Assembly: GCA_963663475.2 (NCBI GenBank)
Contig: CAXXJV010000001.1
Location: 2,720,001-2,784,000, forward strand
Direction of reading: 5' to 3'
Length of the DNA stretch: 64,000 nucleotides
DNA from: Candidatus Cloacimonadales bacterium
GTDB lineage: Bacteria > Cloacimonadota > Cloacimonadia > Cloacimonadales > JAFGVF01
Position numbers and translations under genes: made by a program. The notes under the pieces were generated by a model. It did not search any database. It had not been told where the DNA came from and saw nothing but the letters and a program-made list of their open reading frames with translations. This document shows positions 20,090-31,632 of this stretch, in pieces. Each line of letters opens with the position of its first letter. Position 1 is the first letter of the stretch.

Positions 20090-21211
20090 TTACTCTACAC
20101 TTACTTCGATTTCATAGGTTGAGAAAAGCTCTCTTATTCTATCAACAGCCTCTTTACCATAGACAGTCTTACCATTAATCTGAATCCCATCTTTAGGAAG
20201 ATAACCAGCATTTAATAGTACGTTTATTTCAGCAATATTCAAGTTGAGTAAGTTGCTCTCCAATTGTTCTTGGAAAGCATTAGGAACCTTTTCTGAAGGA
20301 GCACAAGTAAATTGGAAAACATTATAAGAACTTGCTATGTATTGGTCATGACCTGCTTGGTTTAGACTTTCCTCTCCTATATATTTTACCTTCACACGCC
20401 ATGCATAAAATTTGTTTTCTTGAAAATTATATGTTGGATTATATACAGACATATTATTTACCCATTCTTCTTCTACAAGTCTTCCATTATACTCTATATT
20501 TGAAGGATCAAGTTCATATTCTTGATCAAATTCTTTTATCTCAACTACATAAGAATTATTAAATCCTGAAGTATTCCAATTAAAGATAATGGGTTTGGAA
20601 ATTAATGGAATATTAGTAGCACCTACTACATGTCCAGGAGATATTAGCCTAACTGATTGAATTCCTCTAACAGCAAAAGAAACTACTGTAGATGCCCCTT
20701 GATATAGTGAATTGTCTGGTACAATCTCAATTTCTATCCTATATTGTCCATCAGGAAAACGACCTGTTTCTAAAAGGAAATCTTCAAACTGAGAATTATT
20801 TTCCATAACATCATCAAAAGAGAAATCACTTTCTGCTTCAAAAAATCTGTTGCTTTCAGATGTGATAAGATCCCTGTTAGTAACATTGAAACTTGAGTTA
20901 AACTGGTTAGCAGGACTAAAGCCATCTATAGGTCTAAGACTAGTACCAGTTAATAGATTACCATTCCAAAAGAGATCAATGTTTACATCATATTCAGCCT
21001 GATCACTAGCATCATTGTCTGCCTGGGGTGGAATGGAAATATTAAGATTGAATAAAATTGGTTGCGAATAAGGTTGAGAAGGATCAAAGTAAGATACCTT
21101 CAGTATATTAAGAGTTGACTGACTTGTTGATCCAGATACCATATAGGTATTATTAGCAAATATACTTGCTGTTACAAGTAAAAATAAGAGAAAAACTATT
21201 GTTTTCTTCAT
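20090..21211 (-). CDS. Exported hypothetical protein, possible Fn3-like region
   Basis: Signal peptide; FNWN...YVVEI...YAWRVKV pattern; overlaps the ddl stop. Confidence 0.55.
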   Translation of the reverse strand: MKKTIVFLLFLLVTASIFANNTYMVSGSTSQSTLNILKVSYFDPSQPYSQPILFNLNISIPPQADNDASDQAEYDVNIDLFWNGNLLTGTSLRPIDGFSPANQFNSSFNVTNRDLITSESNRFFEAESDFSFDDVMENNSQFEDFLLETGRFPDGQYRIEIEIVPDNSLYQGASTVVSFAVRGIQSVRLISPGHVVGATNIPLISKPIIFNWNTSGFNNSYVVEIKEFDQEYELDPSNIEYNGRLVEEEWVNNMSVYNPTYNFQENKFYAWRVKVKYIGEESLNQAGHDQYIASSYNVFQFTCAPSEKVPNAFQEQLESNLLNLNIAEINVLLNAGYLPKDGIQINGKTVYGKEAVDRIRELFSTYEIEVSVE

Positions 21212-22131
21212 AACTCCTCCTTAGAAAGAGATAAATCAATTATGTTAAGTAAAAGTGTTTCAAAATTAATTCCTTTAGCTTTAACAGCCATAGGGGTAAG
21301 ACTTAACGAAGTCATTCCAGGAAGAGTATTAATCTCAAGAAAATAAAAATCTTTTCCATCATATCTAAAATCTACTCGTCCATATACTTTGCCAGAAATT
21401 CTCTTAAAGAGATTATAAGCCATTAATTGAACTTTGCTAGATTTATCTTGAGGAATCTCTGCTGGACATATATATTCTGTGGAACCTTTAGTATATTTAT
21501 TTTGGTAATCATACCAACCTTTTTTAGGTCTTACTTCAATAACGGGATAAGTTTTATCACCTAGGATAGTCACAGTTAATTCTTTACCTGGGATAAACTC
21601 TTCAATCAAGACTTTATCATCATGTTTAAAAGCATCTTTTAGAGCTGAGGGTAAGTCTTTTGCATCTTCAACTTTGGAAATACCTAAAGAAGAGCCTCCA
21701 TTATTAGGTTTAACAATATAAGGAGGGGGAAAATCAAGATTTATATTAGTAAGAGAGCTTGCTTTCTCAACAATAATAGCTTTAGGAGTTTTGATTCCAA
21801 TATCCTTAGCAATCAGTTTGTTAAGATATTTATCCATAGCTATTTTACACGCTAATGAACCTGAGCCAGTAAAGGGTAGCTTAGCGAGTTCGAAGAGAGC
21901 TTGCATATTACCGTTTTCACCATCTCCCCCATGAAGTCCATTAAAAACAATATCAGCATTATACTGACGGATTGCTTGTAAGAAATCTTCTACAGTTGGA
22001 AAATTACAAGGGTCAATTTTTATACATTCACAATTGGCATTTTGTAAGGCCTTGTAAATTTCATTAGCACTATTTAGAGATACCTCTCTCTCATTAGAGA
22101 ATCCACCTTCAATAATTACGATTCTTTTCAT
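21208..22131 (-). CDS. ddl: D-alanine--D-alanine ligase
   Basis: GGFSNEREVSL, LHGGDGENG, KPNNGGSSLG, YDYQNKY, LEINTLPGMT. Confidence 0.95.
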   Translation of the reverse strand: MKRIVIIEGGFSNEREVSLNSANEIYKALQNANCECIKIDPCNFPTVEDFLQAIRQYNADIVFNGLHGGDGENGNMQALFELAKLPFTGSGSLACKIAMDKYLNKLIAKDIGIKTPKAIIVEKASSLTNINLDFPPPYIVKPNNGGSSLGISKVEDAKDLPSALKDAFKHDDKVLIEEFIPGKELTVTILGDKTYPVIEVRPKKGWYDYQNKYTKGSTEYICPAEIPQDKSSKVQLMAYNLFKRISGKVYGRVDFRYDGKDFYFLEINTLPGMTSLSLTPMAVKAKGINFETLLLNIIDLSLSKEEL

Positions 22132-22199
22132 ATATCCTCTTCTCTCATTATACTTTTCTATTAAACAAATTATAGAGAGATTATAAAAATAGTCAATAT

Positions 22200-23135
22200 T
22201 TAAAGTTCAATTCTATAAAATACTTTTAGGTCAGCTCCTAATGAGGCTTTGAATCTTGCTATACTATCTGTATTTGCACCACATAAATCGAAGATTTTGA
22301 AGTCACTTTTCAGATAAAGACAAATTTGGTGGATAATGAGAGTTGATAGACCATTAGATAGTTCCTTTAGGTCAGTAGAAGCTAACCAAGCATAGGCAAT
22401 TTTATTCTTGTAATCAAGAATGCAGAACATAGTTGAGACTATTCTTTGCTGACTATCTAATATATTAAATTGTTTAACATACATTAAATCTGTTAATTTT
22501 GTTAAGAAGTCATGTAAGACTTTTTCATCTATATCAAAGTTCCAGTCTTGTCTCTGTTTTGTTCCTTGAAGCAGTTTTAAGTAGCTAGGAATATCAGTAT
22601 GTTGGGAGAAAGTATAAGGAAGTCTTTCAGCTTTTCTGAGAGAAGCTCTTTGTCGTTTAAAATAATTATCAATAGAGTAATTTTCAAGGTCAAAAGTATA
22701 AGTATAGAGTGTTTTAGAGCTTAATCCAGACCAGAGAAAGCCTCTAATATCAGAGGTTAAAGGAGAGAGATTTTTACTTATTTTGAAATAATATTTGTGG
22801 TAGTATTCTGATATTTTCTGATAAATTTCCAGTTTTTGGAGCTGGTTCTCATTTGGATACTTTCTTTGAGGAAGAAAAGTTTCAATAGGCTGATAATAGA
22901 CTATTCTAGGATTAATAATTGAAGGTATTCCTAGTATTTTTTTTTCAAAAGAACCTGTTATTGCTAGGAGTTGATTATTAGTTAGATTTCTAACAGTCAA
23001 GTACTTAGCTTCTAGTTTAAAATACTCATTTAGTAATGATAAAAAATCAGGATAGAGATAAACATTAGTAATCAGCTGTGAATCTGCTAACTCTGAGATT
23101 TTGCAAGACTTTACTATTAGCTCCATCTTATCCAA
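22200..23135 (-). CDS. GNAT/FemAB-like acyltransferase
   Basis: RASLRKAE and FDLCGANTDSIARFKASLG motifs. Confidence 0.7.
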   Translation of the reverse strand: MDKMELIVKSCKISELADSQLITNVYLYPDFLSLLNEYFKLEAKYLTVRNLTNNQLLAITGSFEKKILGIPSIINPRIVYYQPIETFLPQRKYPNENQLQKLEIYQKISEYYHKYYFKISKNLSPLTSDIRGFLWSGLSSKTLYTYTFDLENYSIDNYFKRQRASLRKAERLPYTFSQHTDIPSYLKLLQGTKQRQDWNFDIDEKVLHDFLTKLTDLMYVKQFNILDSQQRIVSTMFCILDYKNKIAYAWLASTDLKELSNGLSTLIIHQICLYLKSDFKIFDLCGANTDSIARFKASLGADLKVFYRIEL

Positions 23136-23487
23136 TTAATTTGCGAGCAACCTCTAACAACTCTTTCATTCTAAATGGTTTTATAATATATTCAAATACA
23201 CCATCTACCATGGCTTTATAAGCGCTATCAACAGTAGGGTATCCTGTCATAATGACTATTTTAAGATTTGGATCTTTAGAAAGGAGTGATTCCATTAATT
23301 CAATTCCTCCAATATCAGGCATAACAAGGTCAATAATAGCTAAGGAATATTGGCCAGGTTTAAAACTTTCAATTGTCTCGAGGGCGGAATTAGGTATTTC
23401 AACGTCAAAGCCATTTTTGGTTAAATATTGGCCTACAACATCACGCAACAATTGATCATCATCAACTATTAATATTTTTTTACTCAT
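23128..23487 (-). CDS. Single-domain response regulator (receiver only)
   Basis: ILIVDDD, IIDLVMP, MTG, KPF. Confidence 0.92.
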   Translation of the reverse strand: MSKKILIVDDDQLLRDVVGQYLTKNGFDVEIPNSALETIESFKPGQYSLAIIDLVMPDIGGIELMESLLSKDPNLKIVIMTGYPTVDSAYKAMVDGVFEYIIKPFRMKELLEVARKLIG

Positions 23488-23566
23488 ATTCTCTCCAATT
23501 ATATGAACTTAATCTAGGTATAAATTAATTCTCTTAGCACGATTTGTCAAGATTTTATATTTTTAC

Positions 23567-24485
23567 TTATTCAAAATCTAGCTTTAGAATAAGAGGTCTA
23601 TGGTCTGAAATTGTAGTAAAATAATTACTTATCAGCTTATCATACTTGATAGTATAACAGGTTGAAAGTGGCTTACCAAAGCTGGGAAAAAGATTTTGAT
23701 TAATGATAATATGATCTAGATGAGATGGCCAGTTAGGATAAGAAAAATCACTTGTATTCAGAGACATATCATAATCTGCAAAGATGAAGTTATCATCATC
23801 AAGAAAAGATGTGAAGACGTTTGTTGAAACATCTTCATGGAACTGGTCATTAAAATCACCAACTAAGATAACATTTTCATCATTAAAATTTTCAAGAATA
23901 TAGTTATGTAGTTGATTCAAAGCTTCCAACCTTCTAACCTCTTCATCCCAGTCATCCCAGTAGTCAATTTCATTATCTCCACCAGCTTTAAGATGGTTAT
24001 TAATAACAATAAAATCTATATTTTTCCAAGTTATATCTAGTATATAAGGTTCTCGAGGAAAGAGTCTGCTATCTTGTCTAAAAATTTCATAAGCATTATT
24101 GATAGTAAGTCTATCCTTGTGGTAGATATAGCCAAGAATTGGATTATAGTAAGAATCTTCATCATTAGGATCATAGATGTAATTTTCAGAAGCTATAACA
24201 TCATAATCATTGAGCATAAGTCCTAATTGTTGAAAGTCATTAGTATTAGTAATTTCCTGGACTGCAATTAAATCAGCATTTAGGAGGGGAATTTGGTACT
24301 GAAGTTCATTAATAGTGTTGAGATCATCAAGAGGGAATTCTTTCAGGTTCCAGGTTACGAAGGAAACAACGTTTTCATTATATTCACTAACAATTGTATT
24401 ATTAGTAATGGCATTATCAGTACCACAGCTAAGGATGACTAAAGTTGCCATTATAAAAATGACAACTTTAATCAACAAGATATTC

Positions 24486-24499
<14 letters not shown>
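23567..24499 (-). CDS. Endonuclease/exonuclease/phosphatase (DNase I-like) lipoprotein
   Basis: ILSC lipobox; TWNL, VQEI, NHLK, GDFND, LDHI, SDHRP. Confidence 0.88.
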
Positions 24500-26378
<1,879 letters not shown>

Positions 26379-26450
26379 AAAGTTCTCCTACTTTATAATA
26401 TTTTTTTATAATCCAATTTGTTTTCAACCACTTACTTGTCAATACTAAAT

Positions 26451-26491
26451 CTTAGCTCCCCAGCAAATATTTAGATTGCTAAGGAGCTAAG
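26451..26491 (-). terminator. Hairpin downstream of the 896-aa gene
   Basis: cttagctcc..agcaa / ttgct..ggagctaag inverted repeat. Confidence 0.5.
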
Positions 26492-26506
26492 TTTGAAATA
26501 GTGTTT

Positions 26507-29197
26507 TTATTTGATACTTATAAATTTCAAAACTTGACTTTCATCATCAGCATCAAGTTTAATCAAGTAAACTCCAGAAGCATGTTGCGAGATACTATCC
26601 CACTTAAAGTTGTGATTTCCTGCTTTAAGACTCAAGTGGTTAGCCAGTTGAACAACCTTTTGTCCCTTAAGATTATAGATTGATAAGGAAACTTGAGCTG
26701 GAGAAGTAAGATCAAAACTAATAGAACTTGCTCCCCTGTGCAGTGAAGATTTGTGAGGATTAGGATAAATAACAACATTATCCATAACATTAGTTTTAGC
26801 TATTGCATCATTAGCATTTGAGGTATTAATTGCAAGATTCACTTCTGTTACTGAGTTAGCTTGAACTTGGGTTTGGACATAAACAATTTTCTTATTATCT
26901 AAGGTAACTACTTGCTTGATAAGTCCATTTTCTACTTCAAGACTACCATCAATATCTTGCATCTCAAACTTTAACAAAAGATCAGAGAAGGCAATATTAT
27001 GAAAATTCACTACTTCTGCCCTATTGCTACTTGCAGATCCATTATTAGGAAAATCATAATTAACTTGGAAATTCTCTCCAGAAGAACCAGCTGTTACAGA
27101 AGCCTGAGGTTGTAAAACGCCATTACTAACCTTAATAATGCGATATTTTCTATTTCCATCACAAACAGCCCCAGTGGCTAAATCATAGGGAGCTTGACTA
27201 ATAGAGCCCTCATCATAATGAATATGACCACTTAAAGCCATCTGAGCATTCTGAGAGTATAGATTTATTTGGTCAGAAAAATCATAGTGATAAAAAAGAA
27301 CTTTAGTAGCTTCTGCTGAAGCTAATTCAGAATTAAGCCAAGTCATCTGGTTGTAAGTAAAACTTTCATCGCCAAAAACACTTGGGAGATAATCATCATA
27401 ATTAATATAGCTTTCGAGTCCGATAAACCTTATTCCATCATAAGTAAATGAATAGTTTTGAGTTCTGTAAGGATAAGAACCATTTGGATTTTCTAAAATA
27501 TCCCAACCGAAGAAGTTGTGCCAATTTGTACGAGAAGAGCCATCAGGCATTGGAGTATCTTGCCAGCCACCAATATCGTGATTACCAGAGACCAAGTAAA
27601 CTGGTGCTTCTAGTAAGCCTAACATATTCTTAGCTATAGAATAATATCGGGCATCTAAATATTCTTCGAGTTCCCCTTCATTAACAATATCACCAGTAAA
27701 GAGAACAAATTTTGGGTTAAGTAGGTTAATATCTTCAATAACTGTTAAAAAATCTTCCATTTCAGTCATATCATTATAGTAGTTGCTATCATGAGAGAAA
27801 AGGTGAGTAGGAAGATGAGTATCTGTTATATGAATAAAATACCAATCATCTTCAGGTATCTCTTCTATTTTTACAGCATTTTTGACATGATCTACGTCTA
27901 ATCCAGGAGCAGTAACTATTAAATCAAAGAGCTCATAGAAAGCTGGTTGAGGAGTCTCAACTGTTAAAATATGCCAGTCACTAACTGAATCATAATAGCT
28001 AGATACAATATCTAGTTCCAGACTATAATCTTCATATTGTAAAGAAGCCTGCCAGCCACTAGTAGTTACAGGAGCAGAGGCCCAGATTTCGAAACTTTCA
28101 CCAGGATGACTTATCTGAGGTACAGATAAGATAGGTCTCTGCACAGTAGTTAGAATATCACCCTCTTCTGATGAACTTATGGAAATGTTTAGATTACCAA
28201 AATTGAAAGAATCTATATCTTCTCCATTTAGAGAACACTCGAAAGCATAAAAGGTAGTATTCCCCATACCTATGGGATTAAAACTAAGGTTTAACAGGGT
28301 AGAACCACTAGTAGATGTTGCGTTCCCAGTATAATCAATTTCGATTGTATTAGAAGTACTAGAGTATTGACTATTAGAGAAAACTGCAGAAGTATAATTA
28401 AGGCCTGTAAATTCAAGCATATTATTATTATAAGACAGTTCAATGTGAAATGAGTTTATTTGAAGATCATCCTGATGAAAAATCTGTAAAGGAACATAAA
28501 ATTCTTCATCTTGATTTACAAAAATATCATCTGTTGAAATTGTTATTGGCATATCACCTAAAATAAGATCATCTGTAGATCTAGGATTTAAGTAATAATC
28601 TCCATATGAATAACTTATAACGCCAGTTAAGGAGGCAATCACACTGCCTACTATAGCATCAAAACCAGTATTCATTAAAGAAATTGCACCTGTACCTACT
28701 CTGCCTGTACCTGTGCCATCATTTATTTTCAGGTTACCATATTGATCATAAGATTCAATGATTTGAGCTTGCTGAACTCTTACCAAGACACCTTCATAAG
28801 CTTCGTTACTATTAAGCTGACCTGTGGTAATTATTGTTGGTTGAACTGTATTACCAGTGGATAAAAGTGATAGGTTTGAAATATCAGTTATTTCTGTAAA
28901 GCCCCAATATTCAGTAACTTCTCCAGTTAATGAGACTTCATCACCCACATTAAGATTTGAGTTATTATAAACATATATTCCCTTCCAAGCTCCCCCTTCT
29001 GGCATTGAAAGAAAGAAACGGCTATTACTATAATTATCAGCAGTTACAATACCAGTTACAGTAACGGTCTGTCCCTCATAGGGAGAAGGATAAGTCCCAT
29101 CAGAGCCAGGGTCTGTCGTATATTGCAAGTCATATATTGTTAGTCCATAAACATTAGAAACTATCAGCAGTAAGGTTATTAAAATTAATTTATACAT
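26507..29197 (-). CDS. Secreted multidomain metallophosphoesterase with OB-fold-like N-terminus, cohesin-like domain and FlgD/T9SS-type C-terminal domain
   Basis: SPYEGQTVTVTGIVTA; ITDTH, TGD, GNHD, GHIH; YPNP...SIYNLKGQKV...WD...SGVYLIKL. Confidence 0.8.
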   Translation of the reverse strand: MYKLILITLLLIVSNVYGLTIYDLQYTTDPGSDGTYPSPYEGQTVTVTGIVTADNYSNSRFFLSMPEGGAWKGIYVYNNSNLNVGDEVSLTGEVTEYWGFTEITDISNLSLLSTGNTVQPTIITTGQLNSNEAYEGVLVRVQQAQIIESYDQYGNLKINDGTGTGRVGTGAISLMNTGFDAIVGSVIASLTGVISYSYGDYYLNPRSTDDLILGDMPITISTDDIFVNQDEEFYVPLQIFHQDDLQINSFHIELSYNNNMLEFTGLNYTSAVFSNSQYSSTSNTIEIDYTGNATSTSGSTLLNLSFNPIGMGNTTFYAFECSLNGEDIDSFNFGNLNISISSSEEGDILTTVQRPILSVPQISHPGESFEIWASAPVTTSGWQASLQYEDYSLELDIVSSYYDSVSDWHILTVETPQPAFYELFDLIVTAPGLDVDHVKNAVKIEEIPEDDWYFIHITDTHLPTHLFSHDSNYYNDMTEMEDFLTVIEDINLLNPKFVLFTGDIVNEGELEEYLDARYYSIAKNMLGLLEAPVYLVSGNHDIGGWQDTPMPDGSSRTNWHNFFGWDILENPNGSYPYRTQNYSFTYDGIRFIGLESYINYDDYLPSVFGDESFTYNQMTWLNSELASAEATKVLFYHYDFSDQINLYSQNAQMALSGHIHYDEGSISQAPYDLATGAVCDGNRKYRIIKVSNGVLQPQASVTAGSSGENFQVNYDFPNNGSASSNRAEVVNFHNIAFSDLLLKFEMQDIDGSLEVENGLIKQVVTLDNKKIVYVQTQVQANSVTEVNLAINTSNANDAIAKTNVMDNVVIYPNPHKSSLHRGASSISFDLTSPAQVSLSIYNLKGQKVVQLANHLSLKAGNHNFKWDSISQHASGVYLIKLDADDESQVLKFISIK

Positions 29198-29253
29198 AAG
29201 ATCTCCAATTTTTTTTACAAGCTTATATTAGCTGATATTTAGTCAATAATTCT

Positions 29254-30150
29254 TTAAAATTTCTTTTGATAAGAATGGCAATAAGGCAGACTTCCCTTCA
29301 TATCATAATAGTCTTGATGATAATTCTCAGCCTGATAAAACTCTTGAGCAGGTTGGACCTTAGTAACTACATCATAACCCTTGCCTTTTAGTATATCAAT
29401 CAGCTTGCTAGCAATATCTTTTTCTGCTTGAGAAGAATAGAATATAACAGATCTATACTGTTGTCCAATATCTGGTCCTTGACGATCAAGTTGAGTTGGA
29501 TCATGAATTTCAAAGAAGTATTTTGCTAGTTCTTCATAAGTTATTTTATTAGGATCATAAACCACTTCTGTTGTCTCAATATGACCTGTTCCTCCCTTAA
29601 CCACTTCATAATAACCTGGATTAGCAACATGGCCACCCATAAAGCCAACTGAAGAGGAGATAACCCCTTCTAATTGTTGAAGATAATATTCCACACCCCA
29701 GAAGCAACCACCAGCAAAATATGCTTTAGCTGGACTTACTTTTTCTTGGAAAGTTAAAGAAACAGAATTGACACAATGTCTAATATTCTTATCAGTAAAA
29801 CCCTCGCCAACAAAGACATGACCTAAATGACCACCACAGTTAGCACAGACAATTTCAGTTCTAATACCATCTTTATCAGGAACTTCCTTAACTCTTCCAG
29901 GGATAGCATCATCAAAACTTGGCCAGCCACAATTAGAATGAAACTTTGCTGAAGACTCAAATAGCTCACTTCCGCATTTTTTACAGTGGTAAGAGCCATC
30001 TTCAAAATGATCAACATATTCACCAGTGAAAGGGGCTTCAGTACCTTTATTCTCTATCACATATTTCTCAAGATCAGTTAGTTTATTATCTTTACTATAC
30101 ATAATTATTGCTCCTATTATCATGAGTAATATCAAAATTATTTTTTTCAT
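29254..30150 (-). CDS. msrAB: Bifunctional peptide methionine sulfoxide reductase MsrB-MsrA with N-terminal export signal
   Basis: GTEAPF, CGWPSF, GHLGHVF, RHCVNS (MsrB); FAGGCFWG, AENYHQDY (MsrA). Confidence 0.93.
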   Translation of the reverse strand: MKKIILILLMIIGAIIMYSKDNKLTDLEKYVIENKGTEAPFTGEYVDHFEDGSYHCKKCGSELFESSAKFHSNCGWPSFDDAIPGRVKEVPDKDGIRTEIVCANCGGHLGHVFVGEGFTDKNIRHCVNSVSLTFQEKVSPAKAYFAGGCFWGVEYYLQQLEGVISSSVGFMGGHVANPGYYEVVKGGTGHIETTEVVYDPNKITYEELAKYFFEIHDPTQLDRQGPDIGQQYRSVIFYSSQAEKDIASKLIDILKGKGYDVVTKVQPAQEFYQAENYHQDYYDMKGSLPYCHSYQKKF

Positions 30151-30176
30151 ATTTCCCTCACTTTTTATTCTATAAT

Positions 30177-30320
30177 CCCAAAAAGTTTTTCAGAATTTTA
30201 AGGTTGAATACCCATTCTTATAACAAATCTCTTACAGAATTTAATCATTAATTTTCAAGAAAATCATGTAGCTTGCTTTTGCAGAAAAATATTAAGATTT
30301 TCTCTTAATTCTACAGGACT
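30177..30320 (+). mobile_element. Decayed foldback MITE copy
   Basis: Begins ccc after ataat; internal cttacagaattt and gaaaatcatgtagcttgcttttgcagaa match intact copies; right end degenerate. Confidence 0.55.
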
Positions 30321-30551
30321 ATAATCAATAATATATTGTAATTATTATAAAATGCAATAAGATTTCTTGGCTTACTACAAGATAAATTAAACTTTATTTA
30401 TAACCCTTCATAATATTTAAGAGGTCATTTTTATGAATTTGGTCCATTATTTCGAAAAAAAATGGCTCTTGTTCAAGTCTGCTGGTAAATAGGAGACTTT
30501 CATTATAGCATATTGCTTGAATAATAGAAAGTTACAAGTAAGATTATATGA

Positions 30552-30595
30552 AGAGTGACGGGAGTTGCTCACGGAGTAGCGACTTCCGACACTCT
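30552..30595 (+). repeat. GC-rich imperfect hairpin
   Basis: agagtg-a-cgggagttgct-(8 nt loop)-agcgacttccg-a-cactct with two G.T pairs. Confidence 0.55.
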
Positions 30596-30683
30596 GGATT
30601 TTTGATGAATCAATATAGTAATGAAATATTTTCATTTTCCGATATTATCCCACCAGACTTGTACTTGAGTCTTTTTTTTCCGT

Positions 30684-30833
30684 TTGGATATTTGACAGAA
30701 AGGAAGATGCCAGCAAGGATGCTGGCGTTCCCAGTATTAGGAAGATGCCAGCAAGCAAGGATGCTGGCGTTCCCAGTGTTAGGAAAATACTGGCAAGGAT
30801 GCTGGCGCTCTTAGTTTTGGTAGGCAGACAAGG
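30684..30833. repeat. Left part of a REP-like tandem repeat, interrupted by IS21
   Basis: Three sub-units related to aggaagatgccagcaaggatgctggcgttcccag; continues after the IS at 33200. Confidence 0.85.
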
Positions 30834-30903
30834 TGTCAATGGAAGTTTAAACTGGTACACTTTTGGAAGTCATAACTGGTACACTGTTGTAAACATTTTT
30901 TTT

Positions 30904-31632
30904 CTACATTTTTCCTTTCATTCGATAGCTATTTCCATCGATCAGGATAGTTTCAGCATGATGGACTAATCTGTCGACTATTGCTGTAGTGATAACATTA
31001 TCTCCAAAAGATTCTCCCCATTCTTGAAAAAGTCTGTTTGAGGTTATTATGACTGATCTGAATTCATAAAGTTCATTAACAAGCTTAAAGAATAAACTTG
31101 CATTAACTGCCTTAATAGGTAAATATCCTATTTCATCAATAATGATTAAATCATTTTTTACTAATTTAGATATCCACTTTTTAAAATCATTTTCATTATT
31201 GGCTATAATCATTTCATCGATTAATTCATTCATATTGTAAAATATTACCTTGTATCCTTTCAAAATAGCTTCATATCCCAAGGCAATAGATATATGCGTC
31301 TTACCAACCCCTGGAGGTCCCATTAATATTTTGTTTTCTCTGTTATCGATCCAATTAAACTCCTTCCACTCTGTTATCATTCTTTTAGTTACTGAATGCT
31401 GATATTTAAAATCGAACTCATCAAAATTCTTTAATATTGGGAAATTTGCCCTTCTTAATTGCAAAGATATCAATGTCTGATTTCTGCTATTGCATTCATT
31501 TTCAATAACATAAGATAAAAAACTAAGATATGATAATTCTTTATCTTGTGCATATTTTAAATATGATTCTAAATTATTAATTGTATGTCTGCATCTAATT
31601 CTTAATAAATTTTTCCTTAAATTTTCTATCAT
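30904..31632 (-). CDS. istB: IS21 helper ATPase IstB
   Basis: GPPGVGKT, DLIIIDEIGY, ITSN, DRLVHH; overlaps istA by 4 bp. Confidence 0.95.
   Translation of the reverse strand: MIENLRKNLLRIRCRHTINNLESYLKYAQDKELSYLSFLSYVIENECNSRNQTLISLQLRRANFPILKNFDEFDFKYQHSVTKRMITEWKEFNWIDNRENKILMGPPGVGKTHISIALGYEAILKGYKVIFYNMNELIDEMIIANNENDFKKWISKLVKNDLIIIDEIGYLPIKAVNASLFFKLVNELYEFRSVIITSNRLFQEWGESFGDNVITTAIVDRLVHHAETILIDGNSYRMKGKM

Noticed and set aside
30447-30969. Small ORFs 30447-30635, 30548-30814, 30645-30860 and 30745-30969
   Set aside because: They are translations of the repeat array and IS end in several frames, with no RBS or domain signal.
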